Below, one piece after another: positions 24,449-38,689 of a DNA stretch of 64,000 nucleotides. The translations under genes were made by a program, and so were the position numbers. Source of the stretch: Eledone cirrhosa (taxonomy: Eukaryota); NCBI GenBank assembly GCA_964016885.1, contig OZ024742.1, positions 104,656,001-104,720,000 of the forward strand. Reading direction: 5' to 3'. Numbering within the stretch: the first letter of the stretch is position 1; the number at the start of each line of letters is the position of its first letter. The notes beneath the pieces were generated by a model. The model saw only the letters and a list, made by a program, of their open reading frames with translations. It ran no database searches and had not been told where the DNA came from.

Positions 24449-24655
24449 CAGGGTGTATAAAAAGTCTATATTTCAAAAATCTATATTTTTGTAACAACTG
24501 AGTATATAATCATGCGGTAATTTATACAATATATGTCTGAATATAAAGTTTATTATTTTTTTATAACTTTTATAAATTTTTATAAAGTTATCGACATATT
24601 GTGACATTTGTAAAAATTGTAAATAAAATCAGATGATTCTCTTTGATACACGCTG
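24449..24655. mobile_element. Tc1/mariner-type MITE
   Basis: TA-CAGGGTGTAT ... ATACACGCTG-TA. Confidence 0.65.
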
Positions 24656-24737
24656 TATATATATATGACTGGGGTTGTATATATATATATATTTCATCAG
24701 ATGTGAGAAAAACCACAGACCCTCCATCTCAATTCTA

Positions 24738-24773
24738 CTTTTGAAAAGCAGAAGAACTGCGAAACCGGTAAAG
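24738..24773 (+). ncRNA. minimal type-I hammerhead ribozyme (U3-A8 variant)
   Basis: CTT-TTGAAAA-GCAG aagaa CTGC-GAAACCGGTA-AAG, inside a ~110-bp repeat shared with ~8400-8510 (-). Confidence 0.72.
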
Positions 24774-25195
24774 ATACCAAATTAATATATATTTAAAAAA
24801 TAAAAGACTTTTATGTGTCTTTTCGTAATTGTGAAGAAATATAAATATTAATGTGTTGATAGTGTACAGTTACAAAAGTGGTTAATTATAACACTAAAAT
24901 CATAGATTCTGGAAAGTAAATCATTGAATGATAAAGGGGTAATCAGACTATTTTGTGCATGTATACGTTTGTATTGTGGACGAAAATGAGGTGTGGTGTA
25001 TCCTCAGCTGACATGACAGTCCTCCTCATCCTTGCAATGTCCCCCAAAATTGGTTATTGGTGACTGAGTATAATCAAATAATGAAGGGAAGGGAAATTAA
25101 ATAACTAATTAATTCTAAGCACTCAAAGTATAGAACCAAACTTATTTGAGCTGCGCGTTACTCAGATGGCCACATGTGGTCAGTAAATGGCTTAA

Positions 25196-25377
25196 CCCTT
25201 TAGCATTCACATTACTCTATATATACTATTGTATTTTTGTAGTAAACACTTTATCTTACATAATTATCACACATAATATCGAATCTATGAGATTTTGATG
25301 TTATTTATTTTGAGAACAATACTTTAACATCAGTGAGACATTTCTAGCTGGATATAGCCGGTTTGAATGCTAAAGGG
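25196..25377. mobile_element. piggyBac-type MITE
   Basis: TTAA-CCCTTTAGCATTCA ... TGAATGCTAAAGGG-TTAA. Confidence 0.9.
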
Positions 25378-28300
25378 TTAACACACACCAGACAATGCTG
25401 ACAATACCAACGAAAATGATATGATGATAGATAACATATTACATATTCTTATCTTTCTCCATGGTATGGCACATTAAGTGGCAGAGGTAATTACATATAG
25501 CTATACTTAGGTAGAGAAAACAGGTACATAGTTATAGGTAAAACTGAAATTAGCATTAAATTAAATTAAATCTGTAGTTATCATTGAATAGAGAGGTCGG
25601 TTGGTGGATTTGCAGTATCGTTAGAGCGTCAGACACCATTCTTTGCAGCATAGAGTTATGGCCCTTTGCGTTCTCAATTCAAATCCCGCCGGGATTAACT
25701 TTGCTTTTCATCCTTACGGAGTCGATAAAATAAAGCACCAGTAATGCACTGGGGTAATTGCTGGCCTTGTGCCAAAAGTAGAAACATTTATATTACATAT
25801 GGAATATACTAAGGGATGTAATATAATGCAGTTAATTCAATTATATGTTATTAGATGAAATATGAAAAATATAGAAATATAAAAATAAGGTATTGGTATC
25901 ATTCTAGTATAAATGAACTATAACGAAGGTTAAGCGGTAAATAAATTATGGGGGGGGGGGGATGGTAATCAAATATTTAATTTAGCAAGGCAGTAATAGA
26001 GGTAGTGAGACATTATTAATGATTGATAATTGATATATAATATGTAATATATAGTTGAAGAAAGTGAGTCATTAGCTATTGGTATGGAAAACATACTGAG
26101 ATATGTAGTATCAGATTTTACATATCACACATGAACTATATCATGGCCATTAAACTATGAAGGTGTACTCCAGCTATATAAGAGATATGATATCGAATCA
26201 GAATAAAGTAGAATCAAATGAAATGTAATGTAATATAATGTAAGGATAAAATGTAACACTCAATATAAATACCTAATAAACATTAAACTAAAAGGGTAAT
26301 AGTTCAATACAAAATATTTAAAGTCAAATAGTATCACAAAAAAAAAAACAGCACAGCTCCCATGACTGGGTAAGTTTCCATACTCTACCAAGTGCATTTT
26401 ATCATAGCACCTGTATAAGGGAGGTTGTTACGTCTTTGATGCCGCTAAAGAGTCTTCCTAATCCTTTATTTGGCAGGTTTTCTACAGCTGGATTCCCTAC
26501 CTATCACCAACCATTTTACAGAGTGTACTGGACTGGGTGCATTTATCATGTAGATCACCAACATTAAGGAGGTTGTCATGTCTTTGACATAACTGAATTT
26601 ACACACACACACACACACACAAACATACACAAACATACATAGTTTCTTCTAATAAATGGATTTATCCTGAAGTCTAAAAACATACACACACACACACATA
26701 CACACACATTGATATATCAATGTAAATAAATTCAGAACTAAAAGAAATAAGTAAATATTCCAAGTAGAAACCAACAACCATATCATGCATCACTTGTATT
26801 CCTTAGAAATAAAGGTTCACAGCCACCACTTTTTACAAAATTGAATGTTAAACTCTCACTGGCAACTATTTATATGTAATCCCTATATTGAAATCTCCAG
26901 CCTCCTCTGTAAAATGGTCATGATGGCGACATGACAAAAAGCACCCAGCCCACACTGTAAAGTGGTCATACAGGTGTCACGACAAAAAGAACCCAGCCCA
27001 CACTGTAAAGTCATGACAAAAAGCACCCAGTACTAGTCACTGTAAATGAGGTTGGTGTTAGGAAGAGTATCCTGCCATAGAAACCAAGCCCAAATCAGTT
27101 CTGTATGAGCAAGACATGGTCACTTGACCTGGCATTGCTCACAACAGGATAACTCATGTAACCCATGCCAGTGTGGAAAAATGGACATTAAACAGTGATG
27201 ATGATGATGATCTGTTTATAGCAGTTGATTTATCACTCATATAAATATATATTTACATATAATATGTATCATAGGCAGCAAATTTGCTGTTAGAATATCT
27301 GATAGAATGTTTTGTAGTATTTGTTTTAGCTTCCTCAGTTCAAATCTCACCAAGGTCAACTTTGCCTTTCAAGGTTGATAAAAAAAGTACCAGTCAAGTA
27401 CTAGAGACGATTCTTCCTTTATATCTCTTTCTCTCTTTCTTTCTTTCCTTCTCTGGAAGAAATCTGCTGTATTTAGACCTGGAAAGGAGATGGGCTCCAC
27501 CACGTTTAAAAAATGCCCTATAAATACCATACGTCAATATGACACCCTACGACACCCTCAGGAGGGAGTTACGAGACCATACATACATATATATTTTATA
27601 TTAGATGTATTAAGAAGGTGTTGTAATTTGCTTGAAGCAGCTTAGGAGTGACCTAGTTTCTTCTATTAATATTTTTATGAAGGGATTTTATCCTGAAATA
27701 TAAGGACCTATAAAGAACTGCAAGGTAACATGCCAACATCATTGTTATCATATTTTTAACATTTACTGTCCAATTTATATTGTGGTTGCTATATTAGATA
27801 TATCATATTAGGTTTTAAATTAGGTTTTGGATACATTTCTCAGCTCGCCATGGATTACCAGCTCTATACAGACATTTAAATTGATTAAATAAATAGATAA
27901 ATAAAGAAATTAACAAAATGTCTTCATTTCATCATCATCATTTCATTTTACGTCCGCTTTTTCCCTGCTTGCAAGGGTGGGACAGGAACCGATTCCGGCT
28001 TCTCTACAGTATTACAGACAAAATACACACTAACAAATCATCTTTACTCTAAACGATAACGCTGTAGTTAACTGCATAGTAAGCATGGAGAGAATTTTAG
28101 ATGTGATTGTCTGGAATGGAGCATAAAGTAATCCAAATTAACTCTTTTGATACAAACCCATTTGAAACTGCCTAAGATTCTGTGATAAAAAAGTATGTTT
28201 TAAAGTGTTCATATCCACATTAAAAATCAACATATTCTATAAGAAATATAGTTATGAAAAGGCTAAGGAATAACTGTGGTGTTATATATATATATAATCT

Positions 28301-28991
28301 TATCCACATGAAGTCGTTTTCCTCACTGATTAACATATGTGTGCGCTCTAACCAGTTGAATTTGAATATTAATAATACGAACTCCATTGGTTATTGAGTA
28401 AGTGAAGAAACGACCAAAGCTATGTCCATTCTATTTGACAAGCTTTGTCTCTTAATTATATATATATATTATAAAATGAATTGGATTATTAAGTTGAAAG
28501 AAAGCTCTAAAGGGGACAGTCAGTAGTTTTCTATTTTATTGAGGGTGAAAGTAACAAGAGTTGTCTATGCCCTAAACTTTTAGAAGCTTGTGTATCTTTT
28601 AGAAGAGTCCACTTAGTTGCAAACATGTAGACTAGATATGTAGCTTGTTGAAGCCCCCCCCCCCCCCCCCCGCAAAGTTTCAGAGTCCCGGAAAAAGGTC
28701 ATGAGCACCTGATTAAATCGTAAAAAAAATAAAGTGTATAGAAAACTCCCACGAAATGTGTGTGGCATCAAAAGTCGACAAAGTGTTTATAGGTGAGGAA
28801 AGTATTGGTCCTTGTACAGATGTATTATATACTACAATAAGAATAATAATTCTGGTTATAAGTTCATTATTTCAAACTACCTGCCTTCATATTATCACTT
28901 TAACTCTCTTGATACCAAGTCACCTGAATCTATCTCTTGTTCTATAACACAAGACTGTTTATTTTAAGGTGTTTATATTGATCTAAAACCT

Positions 28992-29220
28992 AGGTGCGTG
29001 GCCTAGTGGTTAGGGTGTTAGATTTATGATCATAATGGTGTGGGTTCAATTCCTGGACTCAGCTGAAAATGAGTACCAGCAGTAGCTGAGGGTTTGATCT
29101 TGCGATGGGCTGGCGTCCTGTCCAAAGGAAAGTCTTGTACTCTTAGTCCCTTAATGCCACAGAGATCGGGATAAACTCCGGCCTGTGAGCCTCTGGCCTT
29201 GAGACAGACTTTAGACTTAG
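28992..29220 (+). mobile_element. tRNA-head SINE with V-SINE-like central domain
   Basis: A box TGGCCTAGTGG, B box GTTCAATTC, TGCGATGGGCTGGCGTCCTGTCC; AAAACCT on both sides (possible TSD); sits inside a decayed TTAA-type MITE (~28900-29380). Confidence 0.7.
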
Positions 29221-30494
29221 AAAAACCTTCCATCATAATTTTATGTAGGAACATTTGCGAAACACCAGCTTAATAATGTGAAATTCAGTTATAATACTAA
29301 ATCACTCAAAATTCTTGATTATTTTCACAATAATTAAAAAAATTTAAGCAACATGTTTCGTTCTATAACGAAAGGGTCGATATGTATTCCATTATGAGTT
29401 TTCTCTTTCCGTCTCTGTTACCCATACACAAAGAAGCATGAAAACTCCGGCTTTTATGCAATGAAAGAATAATAAATATCAATTTTCAATTAATACATAG
29501 AAATATCTTTCCATTTAACCTTGTCTAACGAGAATTATATATACAATGACGTTGTTTTATTTCCTACTGCTAAAAAAAAATATATATATAAACAGTTGCA
29601 CTATTTAATACTAAAAAGATAATTTATAAGGGAGGTAACTTTACTGTAAAAATAAAGTTGTTTCCCTTTATGTAGTAAGTTTTTCATAAAAAAAAAAGTT
29701 TTGTTTCCTTAGGTTGGATTTCTTCGTCATTTCCAGCGTTCTAGTCCAGGCAATCCGATCTTTATCTTTAACACATTGTCCTAAGATTTAGGAATTAAAA
29801 CATACTCAACAGAGCTGTTCGACTAGAGAATCGGTAGAGGGTGCCGGATAGCGATACGGTCACCAAATATGATGCTTAGTTACGATATAAGAGGGTACCT
29901 GCTAGACTAATAAGCAACCTAGGACCAACAGTAGTAAACTAGTAGGGAAGCTGGAGCAAGAAGTGACACCTTTAGCTCTCAAGAAAACTCTCAGAACCCA
30001 GTGGTGTAGCTACGAAATATATATTTAAAAAAAACAGACAAAAACATTGTCAAACAGATAGACATACACAGATAGATAGGCAGACTGATACAGATACATA
30101 TACATACATGCATACAGACATACAGACATACAAACTCATAGACAGACAGGCATACAGAGAAACAGACACACATGCTTACATGCAGACATATAGACATACA
30201 TATAGACAGACAAATATACAGAAACACGGACATATAGACACACATACATACATACATACATACATACATACATACATACATACATACATACAGACAGACA
30301 AACAAATAGACACACAAACACATAGGGATGAACCAGCCATTAATGGTCCCTCCAAAGTGAAGCTTTCCTCGAGTTTGGCGCTAATTGTTCTTATTTTGTG
30401 TCCCTTTCATCCTCACAAACTCCATAAACTTATTGAACTCCTCTCTCTATCTCATCCTCTGTTTTCTCTGACTACATGAACCTGTTCTCCTCTG

Positions 30495-30830
30495 TCTCTA
30501 CTCTGTACATAGCTGTATCCATCTGTTGTCATTTCTCCATGCCACATGTCCTGCCTACTTCCATCTAATCCTCTGGCTTCCTTGTCAACCTGTCCCCCCC
30601 TCCCCCAGCATGCATTATCCACTCTGTACATAGCCATGTTTATCTCTTGTCATTTCTTCATGCCACATGCCCTGCCTACATCGATCTAATCTTTTGGCTT
30701 CCTTGAATATGTCACCCCCCCCCCCACCCCAGTCTCTACTCTGCACATAGCTATGTCCATCTGTTGTCATTTGTTCATACCATATCCTTTACTCATTTCC
30801 ATCTCATTTCTACATCACATCCTCCTCTGT
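30495..30830. repeat. degenerate ~120-bp direct repeats x3
   Basis: ACTCTGTACATAGC...TTGTCATTT...ATGCCACATG recurs at ~30500, ~30621 and ~30738. Confidence 0.7.
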
Positions 30831-31086
30831 TTGCATTGACAATGTGATCCTGTTTTCCTTGATCTTCATTCTGTACAGAGCTTTGAGCACTTGTCATTTG
30901 TTAATGTCACAAGCCCTTCTCATTTTCATTTTCTCTTCTTTATATGTTTTATGATATCTTGTACTTTTGTTTGCTCTTATCCATTGACATATTGACAAAG
31001 AAAAAAAAGGATGATAAATATCAATAAGTCACTGTTTTTAACCAGCAGTTAATGACAGAACTTAGTAGCATTAATTAATGAAGGTT

Positions 31087-31376
31087 GGTGGATTGGCAGT
31101 ATCAGTAGAGGGTCGGACGCCATGCTTTCCAGCATAGTTACGTCCCTTTACGATCTGAGTTCAAATCCCGCCGAGGTTGACTTTGCCTTTCATCCTTACG
31201 GGGTCGATAAAATAAAGTACCAGTAATGTACTGGGTAATTGCTGGCCTTGTGCCTAAATTAGAAACAATTAATTAATGAAGGTTAACTTTGCCTTTCATC
31301 CTTATGGGGTCGATAAAATAAAGTACCTGTAATGTACTGGGTAATTGCTGGCCATGTGCCAAAAGTAGAAACAATT
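31087..31376 (+). mobile_element. tandem pair of SINE B copies (full plus 5'-truncated)
   Basis: ATTAATTAATGA occurs at 31070, 31268 and 31374, bracketing the two copies. Confidence 0.9.
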
Positions 31377-31507
31377 AATTAATGATTTGATCCATCATTA
31401 ATTACGAAAATCAATCAATCAATTAATCAGCATTAATTAATTGCAGCAATTTTTTTAATGAAGCCAGAAGAGATAAAGTGAGAGTAGATATAAATATTCA
31501 AGATGTT

Positions 31508-31725
31508 TGGCTCACAATAATAAGGTTGTGAGTTCAATTCTCAGTGGTGTGTTGTGTCATTGAGCAAGACACTTTATTTCATATTGCTCCACTCCACTCA
31601 GCTGGAAAAAGTGAGTTGTACCTGTAATTCAAGAGACCAGCCTTGTCATACTCTGTGTCATGCTGAATCTCCCAGAGAACTACATTAAGAGTTCATGTAT
31701 CATGTTAATTTAACAAGCAAATGGA
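31508..31725 (+). mobile_element. SINE with A-type head and core and a third tail type
   Basis: GTTCAATTC and TTGAGCAAGACACTTTATTTC, then CCTTGTCA..TGTGTCATGCTGAATCTCCC; related copies ~34700-35010 (-) and ~55915-56190. Confidence 0.65.
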
Positions 31726-32384
31726 CGCCCCCCCCCCCCCCCCCATAAACACTTGTGATTAATGTAGCAATGAATTTGTTGAGTATAACAATTAATCTGA
31801 TTTTGGGGAACTGGAACACAATTTTTGTTTTTCATCACTTAATCATGACGAATGGCAGCACCCATTGTTGATGTGGTTTATCTTAACTAAATCACTATTA
31901 CTTTACCTAGAAACATCCTTTCCAGGAGCCCCCAAGACTAGAGGAAGAGAGAGGGGAGGAGAGAGAGAGAAAAACAGTATAAGGTATCCTCAAACTGGAG
32001 ACATGTCTGAAAAACTTGCAACAAGGTGGACTTTGGTGGACCAAGGGCCAGGTTGTAGTATTAAAGCAGGCAATTAATTAAACGTTCCACCAAAAGAGCT
32101 GGAACAAACACCACAAGACATCCCATCCAACGTTCTAACAATTCAACCAATCCACAACTCTAGATTGGTACTTTATTTATCCTGGTAGGATGACAGGCAG
32201 AGTTGACCATGACAGGATTTGAATTCACAATACATGGAGTTAGAATAAATAGTATGAATGCTTTAATGATTCTCTCAAATCTCCATCTGTATATGTATGG
32301 TCACAGCTAGTGTGTGACTGTGGCTGACTGATTTAATGTATTAAGATGTGGATGTAACATTGTGAGTGTTGGATTGTATAAGTA

Positions 32385-32582
32385 CGAGGGTTGGCTGAAT
32401 AGTTCATATGCTGACTATGAAGGATTGATGCTAAAGCTGTGACATCTTGCATGCATTAATTTCAACTCTTCTTATTAATAACTGCTATGTTTTATTTCAG
32501 GGACTCTGTTGAAAAATAAACCTCATTTGGTCAATCCATGAGAGCATCTTGGTCAGCCTATGAACTTTTCAGCCAACCCTCA
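32385..32582. mobile_element. mariner-type MITE (198 bp)
   Basis: TA-CGAGGGTTGGCTGAATAGTTCATATGCTGAC ... GTCAGCCTATGAACTTTTCAGCCAACCCTCA-TA. Confidence 0.88.
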
Positions 32583-35501
32583 TATATCAAAGGAGTTGGA
32601 GTGTTGTACTTTCAGTGGTTGATGTAGATGGGGTGATAGGGCTGATCTTTGTAGGAATCCAGTATGTAAAGTTAATGTGTAGGAGGATCTATTATTAAGT
32701 TAAACATAACAATAAATGCAAAAAATGAGGTATGTTAGTGTGACACAAGGAGCGGAAGTTATCTAGGGAAGGGTGGAGTAGATTTTAATATGAACATCTA
32801 GAGTTTTTGAGTATATGTTGTGGGGATATATAGTGAAGTGTGTAATAGCTGCTGCCTCAATGGAATTGTGATTGACGTTGTTGTTCTAACTAGATATATT
32901 TTTAGATTATGTTAATCCAACCATTGGCACAAAGACAACCAATTGACACCAAATATGTTCCAGTTAAGAGGCCACATTACTGAGTAGATAAGGTATTCAG
33001 CTACCTGCTTATGAGTCAGGATTTAAAATCTGCTGCTGTGCTGCTGATATTTTGTTGTATATTGGAGCAAAATGCTTTATTTTAGACTTCCTCAGTTTAC
33101 CTAGCTGATGGCAATAAGTACCAGGTAATTTGAGAGTTTTCAACCACTGATCAAACTCCACCAACTGTCTTGGCCCATATTAAATCTGTGACTTTTTAAG
33201 GGCCCCTGGAACTAGTGGGAGAAAGTTATCCTTAGACCAAACACTCAATGGCTACATGGTGGAGTAAACACTTTTGTGACCATATTTCTAATGAAATACA
33301 CTCTATTTCAATTAATTAATATATGAAATTATGACGGAAGATGTAATTTTAAATAGGAACTCTTTAAAACAGGTCGTTTTATTTCATTGAACCAAAGACA
33401 GTTTGGAAAGGATTGGCATCAAAAGGGGTGACAGACTAATTCTGAAGACACTTAATAGCCAGGTGATGGTGTTGAAACTGGTTGACAGATTAATTCTACC
33501 ATGCAAAAGTAAAAATAATCTTTCTGGTGAGCTTCCACACAATATTTGATAACTAAGTTTCACTCACAAGGTTTCCTTCAGTGTGATGGTATGCTTGGTA
33601 TGTCAAGGTGTCACACAGTGGGATTTAACCTGGAACCACAGAGCTCCAAATCAAACCTCTTGCCTGTATTCATAATGTTTAGCCTCAGGTTAGCTGTAAT
33701 TGAGCAGATCTATGTCAAGTGTGTTCTAGCCATGACTATCCCCTATTTGTTTTTCACATATAAACCATGTGTGTTCACTTTAGAATAGGTACACCCTATC
33801 CCTGTGTGGGATAAGAAGTGACTAAAAGGGTTAGTGTCAGGAATCTGGTTGTAAAAAATTGCCTTTTTGATATAAAAATGATGATGATGAGTCTAGTTGA
33901 GACATTATTATCATATGCCTTTTTTTTTTTGAATACTGTGAGGTTTGATATGAAAGAGATATGGTTTCTATCAGTAAGGATTAAGCAACAATGTAGATGT
34001 TTCTGGTATTAGTTATATGTGATTGTGGCTGTGCAACAATTAAACCTACATTCTATTTATGAGACACCAAACAACTACAGCTGAATAAACATCTTCCTTG
34101 ATTTACCATAGGTATCAACTTATAGGATCCTGTCTATTATTTGTTTCTTTTGTCACCTATCATATGGTCACCTATTATATCTGTCACCTGTCTGTCACCT
34201 GTCACTTGTCACCAATCTGTCACTTGTTATATCTGCCACCTATCTGTCACCTATTGCATCTGACACCTGTCCCCTATTATAACTATCACTTGTTGTATTT
34301 GTAATCTGTCACCTATTATAATTGTCAACTGTTTTATCTGTCACTTAATTACCTAATCTGATTGCCTACTTAATGGTGACCTTGTGATTTTTTTAAACAG
34401 TTTCATTACAAAAAAAGTAAAGGAAAGGAGCTGATCATCAATTCAGACTAAGGAAACATTGTTTTTATTTTGCATTGATTTTTCCATTGCTGATACTATT
34501 TGCCTGTCACAACTTCTGGCAGAAGGTGACAGGATTTGAACTTAGATGCACTGAACTGGATCATATACTGTATGTCATCATGTCTAACAATTCCACCAAT
34601 CCAATACCCTCTGGACTGGTACTTTGTTTAACGAACCCAAAAGGATGAAAGGCAAAGTTGACCTCAGTTACAAAGACCATTGTTTTTGAGATTCAGACAT
34701 GAATAGCAGTGGACCTCCATCACTTCGGAGGGAAAGTGTACCACTTGTTTGAGCAATGGAACAGTCTGATCATGAAATTAACATGCAACTGGCTTAGCAT
34801 TCTACAGACATGTGTACCTTTAATGAAATTATTAGGGAGGTTAAACGTGACAGTGTTTGACAAGTTGACCCTTTGAATTACAACACATTATTAGAGTAAT
34901 GGAAAATAAAGTGTCTTGCTTAAGGACACAAAACACTGCTATGGCCTTATGATTGAATTCATGGCCTTATGATTGCAAGCCGAATACCTTAACCACAAAG
35001 TCACATACCTTTACAAAAACTAGACTGTGATGCTTGCAGGGCATCAATCCACAAACCCCTCACATTCCCGGTGAGCATCTTTAACATTGGCCACAGTCAT
35101 AGGGTGTAAGCTGCCATCAACCAACAATAAATGTGCTTTAAATGCTGGTCTATTTAGAACTAACTTCTGAAATTGTACAGCCAACAACAACACATGAAGC
35201 ATACCAAAACTAAATCTATACAAAACAACAACAACACCCACAACAACATATCAAACATACCAAAACTAAATCTAAACAACAACAACAACAATAACAACAA
35301 CTAAGAGGAAAGAGCAAAAGGAATATAAAAAAAATTAACCTCAGTAGAAATGAAGAACATATGGTGGTTGATTGTTGAAAAAAATCTAGTTATTTTCTGT
35401 TAGACTGACAGATTAATGGATTGTGATATCTTAAGTAACTGTGAGAAATATGATGCATCATCATCATCAACATTAATACCATCAATATCCATAATTCATC
35501 A

Positions 35502-35543
<42 letters not shown>

Positions 35544-35799
35544 TAATACCATTAACATCCATAATTCATTACCCCCTCATCACCGATATCATCATTAACA
35601 TCCATAATTCCCCTACCCCTACCATCATCATCATCATCATCAATATTTCGTTATCAATATGATTATTACAATCTATAATACATCATCATCATCACCATCA
35701 TCATCATCATTCATTGTCATTATCATCATCCATAATTCATTATTGCCCCAATAATCACTGTCTATAATTCATTATGATCATTGATATTATCATATCATC

Positions 35800-36900
35800 A
35801 TTATCATATCATCATCACCATCCATAAGTCATCATCATCATCATCACCATCCATAAGTCATCATCATCATCATCACCATCCATAAGTCAATATCATCATC
35901 ATCACTAATACCAACATTATCATTAACACCGACATCATCACCACCATCATCATCATCATCATCATCATCCATAAATCAACATCACCATCATCATCATCAT
36001 CATCATCATCCATAAATCAACATCACCATCATCATCATCACCACCACCACCACCATCACAATCATCATCACCACTAACATCATCATCCCCATCAACATCA
36101 TCACCATCACCATCAACATCCCCATCAACATCATCACCATCACCATCAACATCCCCATCAACATCATCACCATCATCATCATCCATAAATCAACATCATC
36201 CCCATCAACATCATCACCATCACCATCAACATCCCCATCAACATCATCACCATCACCATCAACATCCCCATCAACATCATCACCATCATCATCATCCATA
36301 AATCAACATCATCCCCATCAACATCATCACCATCACCATCAACATCCCCATCAACATCATCACCATCACCATCAACATCCTCATCAACATCACCATCATC
36401 ATCATCATCATCCATAAATCAACATCATCACCATCATCATCAACATCCCCATCAACATCATCACCATCATCATCAACATCCCCATCAACATCATCACCAT
36501 CAACATCATCCCCATCAACATCCCCATCAACATCATCACCATCATCATCAATATCCCCATCAACATCATCACCATCATCATCAACATCATCACCATCATC
36601 ATCATCCATAAATCACCATCATCACCATCATCATCAACATCCCCATCAACATCATCACCATCACCATCAACATCCCCATCAACATCACCCCCACCATCAT
36701 CATCATCCATAAATCAACATCATCAACATCATCATCATCACCATCACCATCACCATCCCCATCAACATCACCACCATCATCATCATCCATAAATCAACAT
36801 CATCCCCATCCCCATCAACATCATCACCATCACCATCACCATCCCCATCAACATCACCCCCACCATCATCATCATCCATAAATCAACATCATCAACATCA
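35800..36900. repeat. hierarchical CAT-derived minisatellite
   Basis: Anchor TCCATAAATCAACATC recurs about ten times, separated by variable numbers of CCCCATCAACATCATCACCATCACCATCAACAT sub-units. Confidence 0.9.
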
Positions 36901-37058
36901 GCCTCATATGTCTCACCACCTGTTTCACACTTGACAGCGGATTTTGATTTTTCCAAACAGTAAGTTCCAATTACTTTGGTATTATTAGTAACACACACAC
37001 ATGAACACACATACACACACATAGCAGGAGCAGACACACTCATACACACAAGCAGACA

Positions 37059-37101
<43 letters not shown>

Positions 37102-37103
<2 letters not shown>

Positions 37104-37201
37104 GGGTGTCTCAAAAAAAATGTATACACACTTCAACAGCTTTCTAATAAATATTGGCGGTACAGGTAATCGAAGTATGTATGCATTTTTTGGGGACACT
37201 T

Positions 37202-37203
<2 letters not shown>
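37102..37203. mobile_element. short Tc1-type MITE
   Basis: CAGGGTGTCTCAAAAAA ... TTTTTTGGGGACACTTTG-TA within (TA)n. Confidence 0.7.
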
Positions 37204-37276
<73 letters not shown>

Positions 37277-37291
37277 GTGTGTGTATATATA

Positions 37292-37389
<98 letters not shown>

Positions 37390-37402
37390 ATGTGTGTGTA
37401 TA

Positions 37403-37469
<67 letters not shown>

Positions 37470-37528
37470 ATATGTGTGTGTATGTATATGTGTGTGTATA
37501 TATATGTGTGTATATATGTGTGTGTATA

Positions 37529-37574
<46 letters not shown>

Positions 37575-37980
37575 GCAACAGAGATACACATAGACATTCA
37601 CATATATAAACATATGCAGAGATTGCCACAGACCAATATATCTATATTGATACATAGGTAGATAGATTTGTTAATACTCTAGTAAACCAACTGATTAGGT
37701 CCGCTATTGTAGTGTGTGACAAACAATGGAATATACAGGTGTTAGAGTTAATTATGGAATCTCTGGTATTGATGATATCATCAGGGCAGAGTTTTGTTAT
37801 ACACATTTCACACATAAACATACATACACAAACACACACATCTACCTCTCTGTATATATTATATCCCTCCCTCTCTCTCTCTCTCTCTATATATATATAG
37901 TATATAATATATATAGTGTATGATATGATAATGATGGCTGCCCCCTTGTTATCGAGTATGGCCATTGCACGATATAACAT

Positions 37981-38321
37981 TCATCATCATCATCATCATT
38001 TTACATCCGCTTTTCCTTGCTTGCAAGGGTGGGACGGGAACTGATTCTGGCTTGATTTCTACAGCTGGATGCCCTTCCTAACACCAACCTCATTTACAGT
38101 GTGTGCTGGGTATTTGTTTGCCGTGGCACCTCCACGACCACTTTTCAGTGGAATGATATGGACCCCAGTCCCTATCATCTCATTTCTACAGCTGAGTAAA
38201 CTGGAGCAATGTGAAATAAAGTGCCTTGCTCAAGGAAACAACACATAACCCGGTCTGAGAATTGAACTCACAACCTTTCGATTGCAAGACCAATGCTCTA
38301 ACCACTAAGCCATGTGCCTCC
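37981..38321 (-). mobile_element. SINE family A copy
   Basis: Reverse complement of 7584-7936. Confidence 0.92.
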
Positions 38322-38636
38322 ATCATACATTATTGATAATTATTGATAATTATTAATTAATTTTATGGTGAAATGCCTTAGCGTGAAGATTTTTTTTAAA
38401 GTGAGGAAAGACTGTGCACTGAGCCAATCCCACTCTCTGAGCGACAGAAGCTATAACCCGAAAAAAAGAAAAGATCAACATCATCGGTAACTACTGAGCC
38501 GCAGGTTTTATGTTGGAGTTATCCCAGTTTCCAGTGTATAATATACATATATACATACATATATACATACATTATATATACATACATATATATACATATA
38601 TATATATATACATACATATATACATATATATATATA

Positions 38637-38673
<37 letters not shown>

Positions 38674-38689
38674 TAAAATAACAGATTAA

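Noticed and set aside
35965-36790. Asp-rich ORFs resembling acidic biomineralisation proteins
   Set aside because: Frame shifts at every repeat anchor, no signal peptide, and fully explained by CAT-derived repeats.
35960-36900. Repeat-spacer appearance suggesting a CRISPR array (also the 24-bp repeat at 20616)
   Set aside because: Spacers are low-complexity copies of each other or absent, there are no cas genes, and the context is eukaryotic.
36917-36973. Possible 57-nt minus-strand exon ([19 protein letters not shown]) and an overlapping plus-strand GTAAGT donor
   Set aside because: Weak acceptor without a pyrimidine tract, and a phase 1 end cannot join the phase 0 C1 exon; needs RNA-seq.
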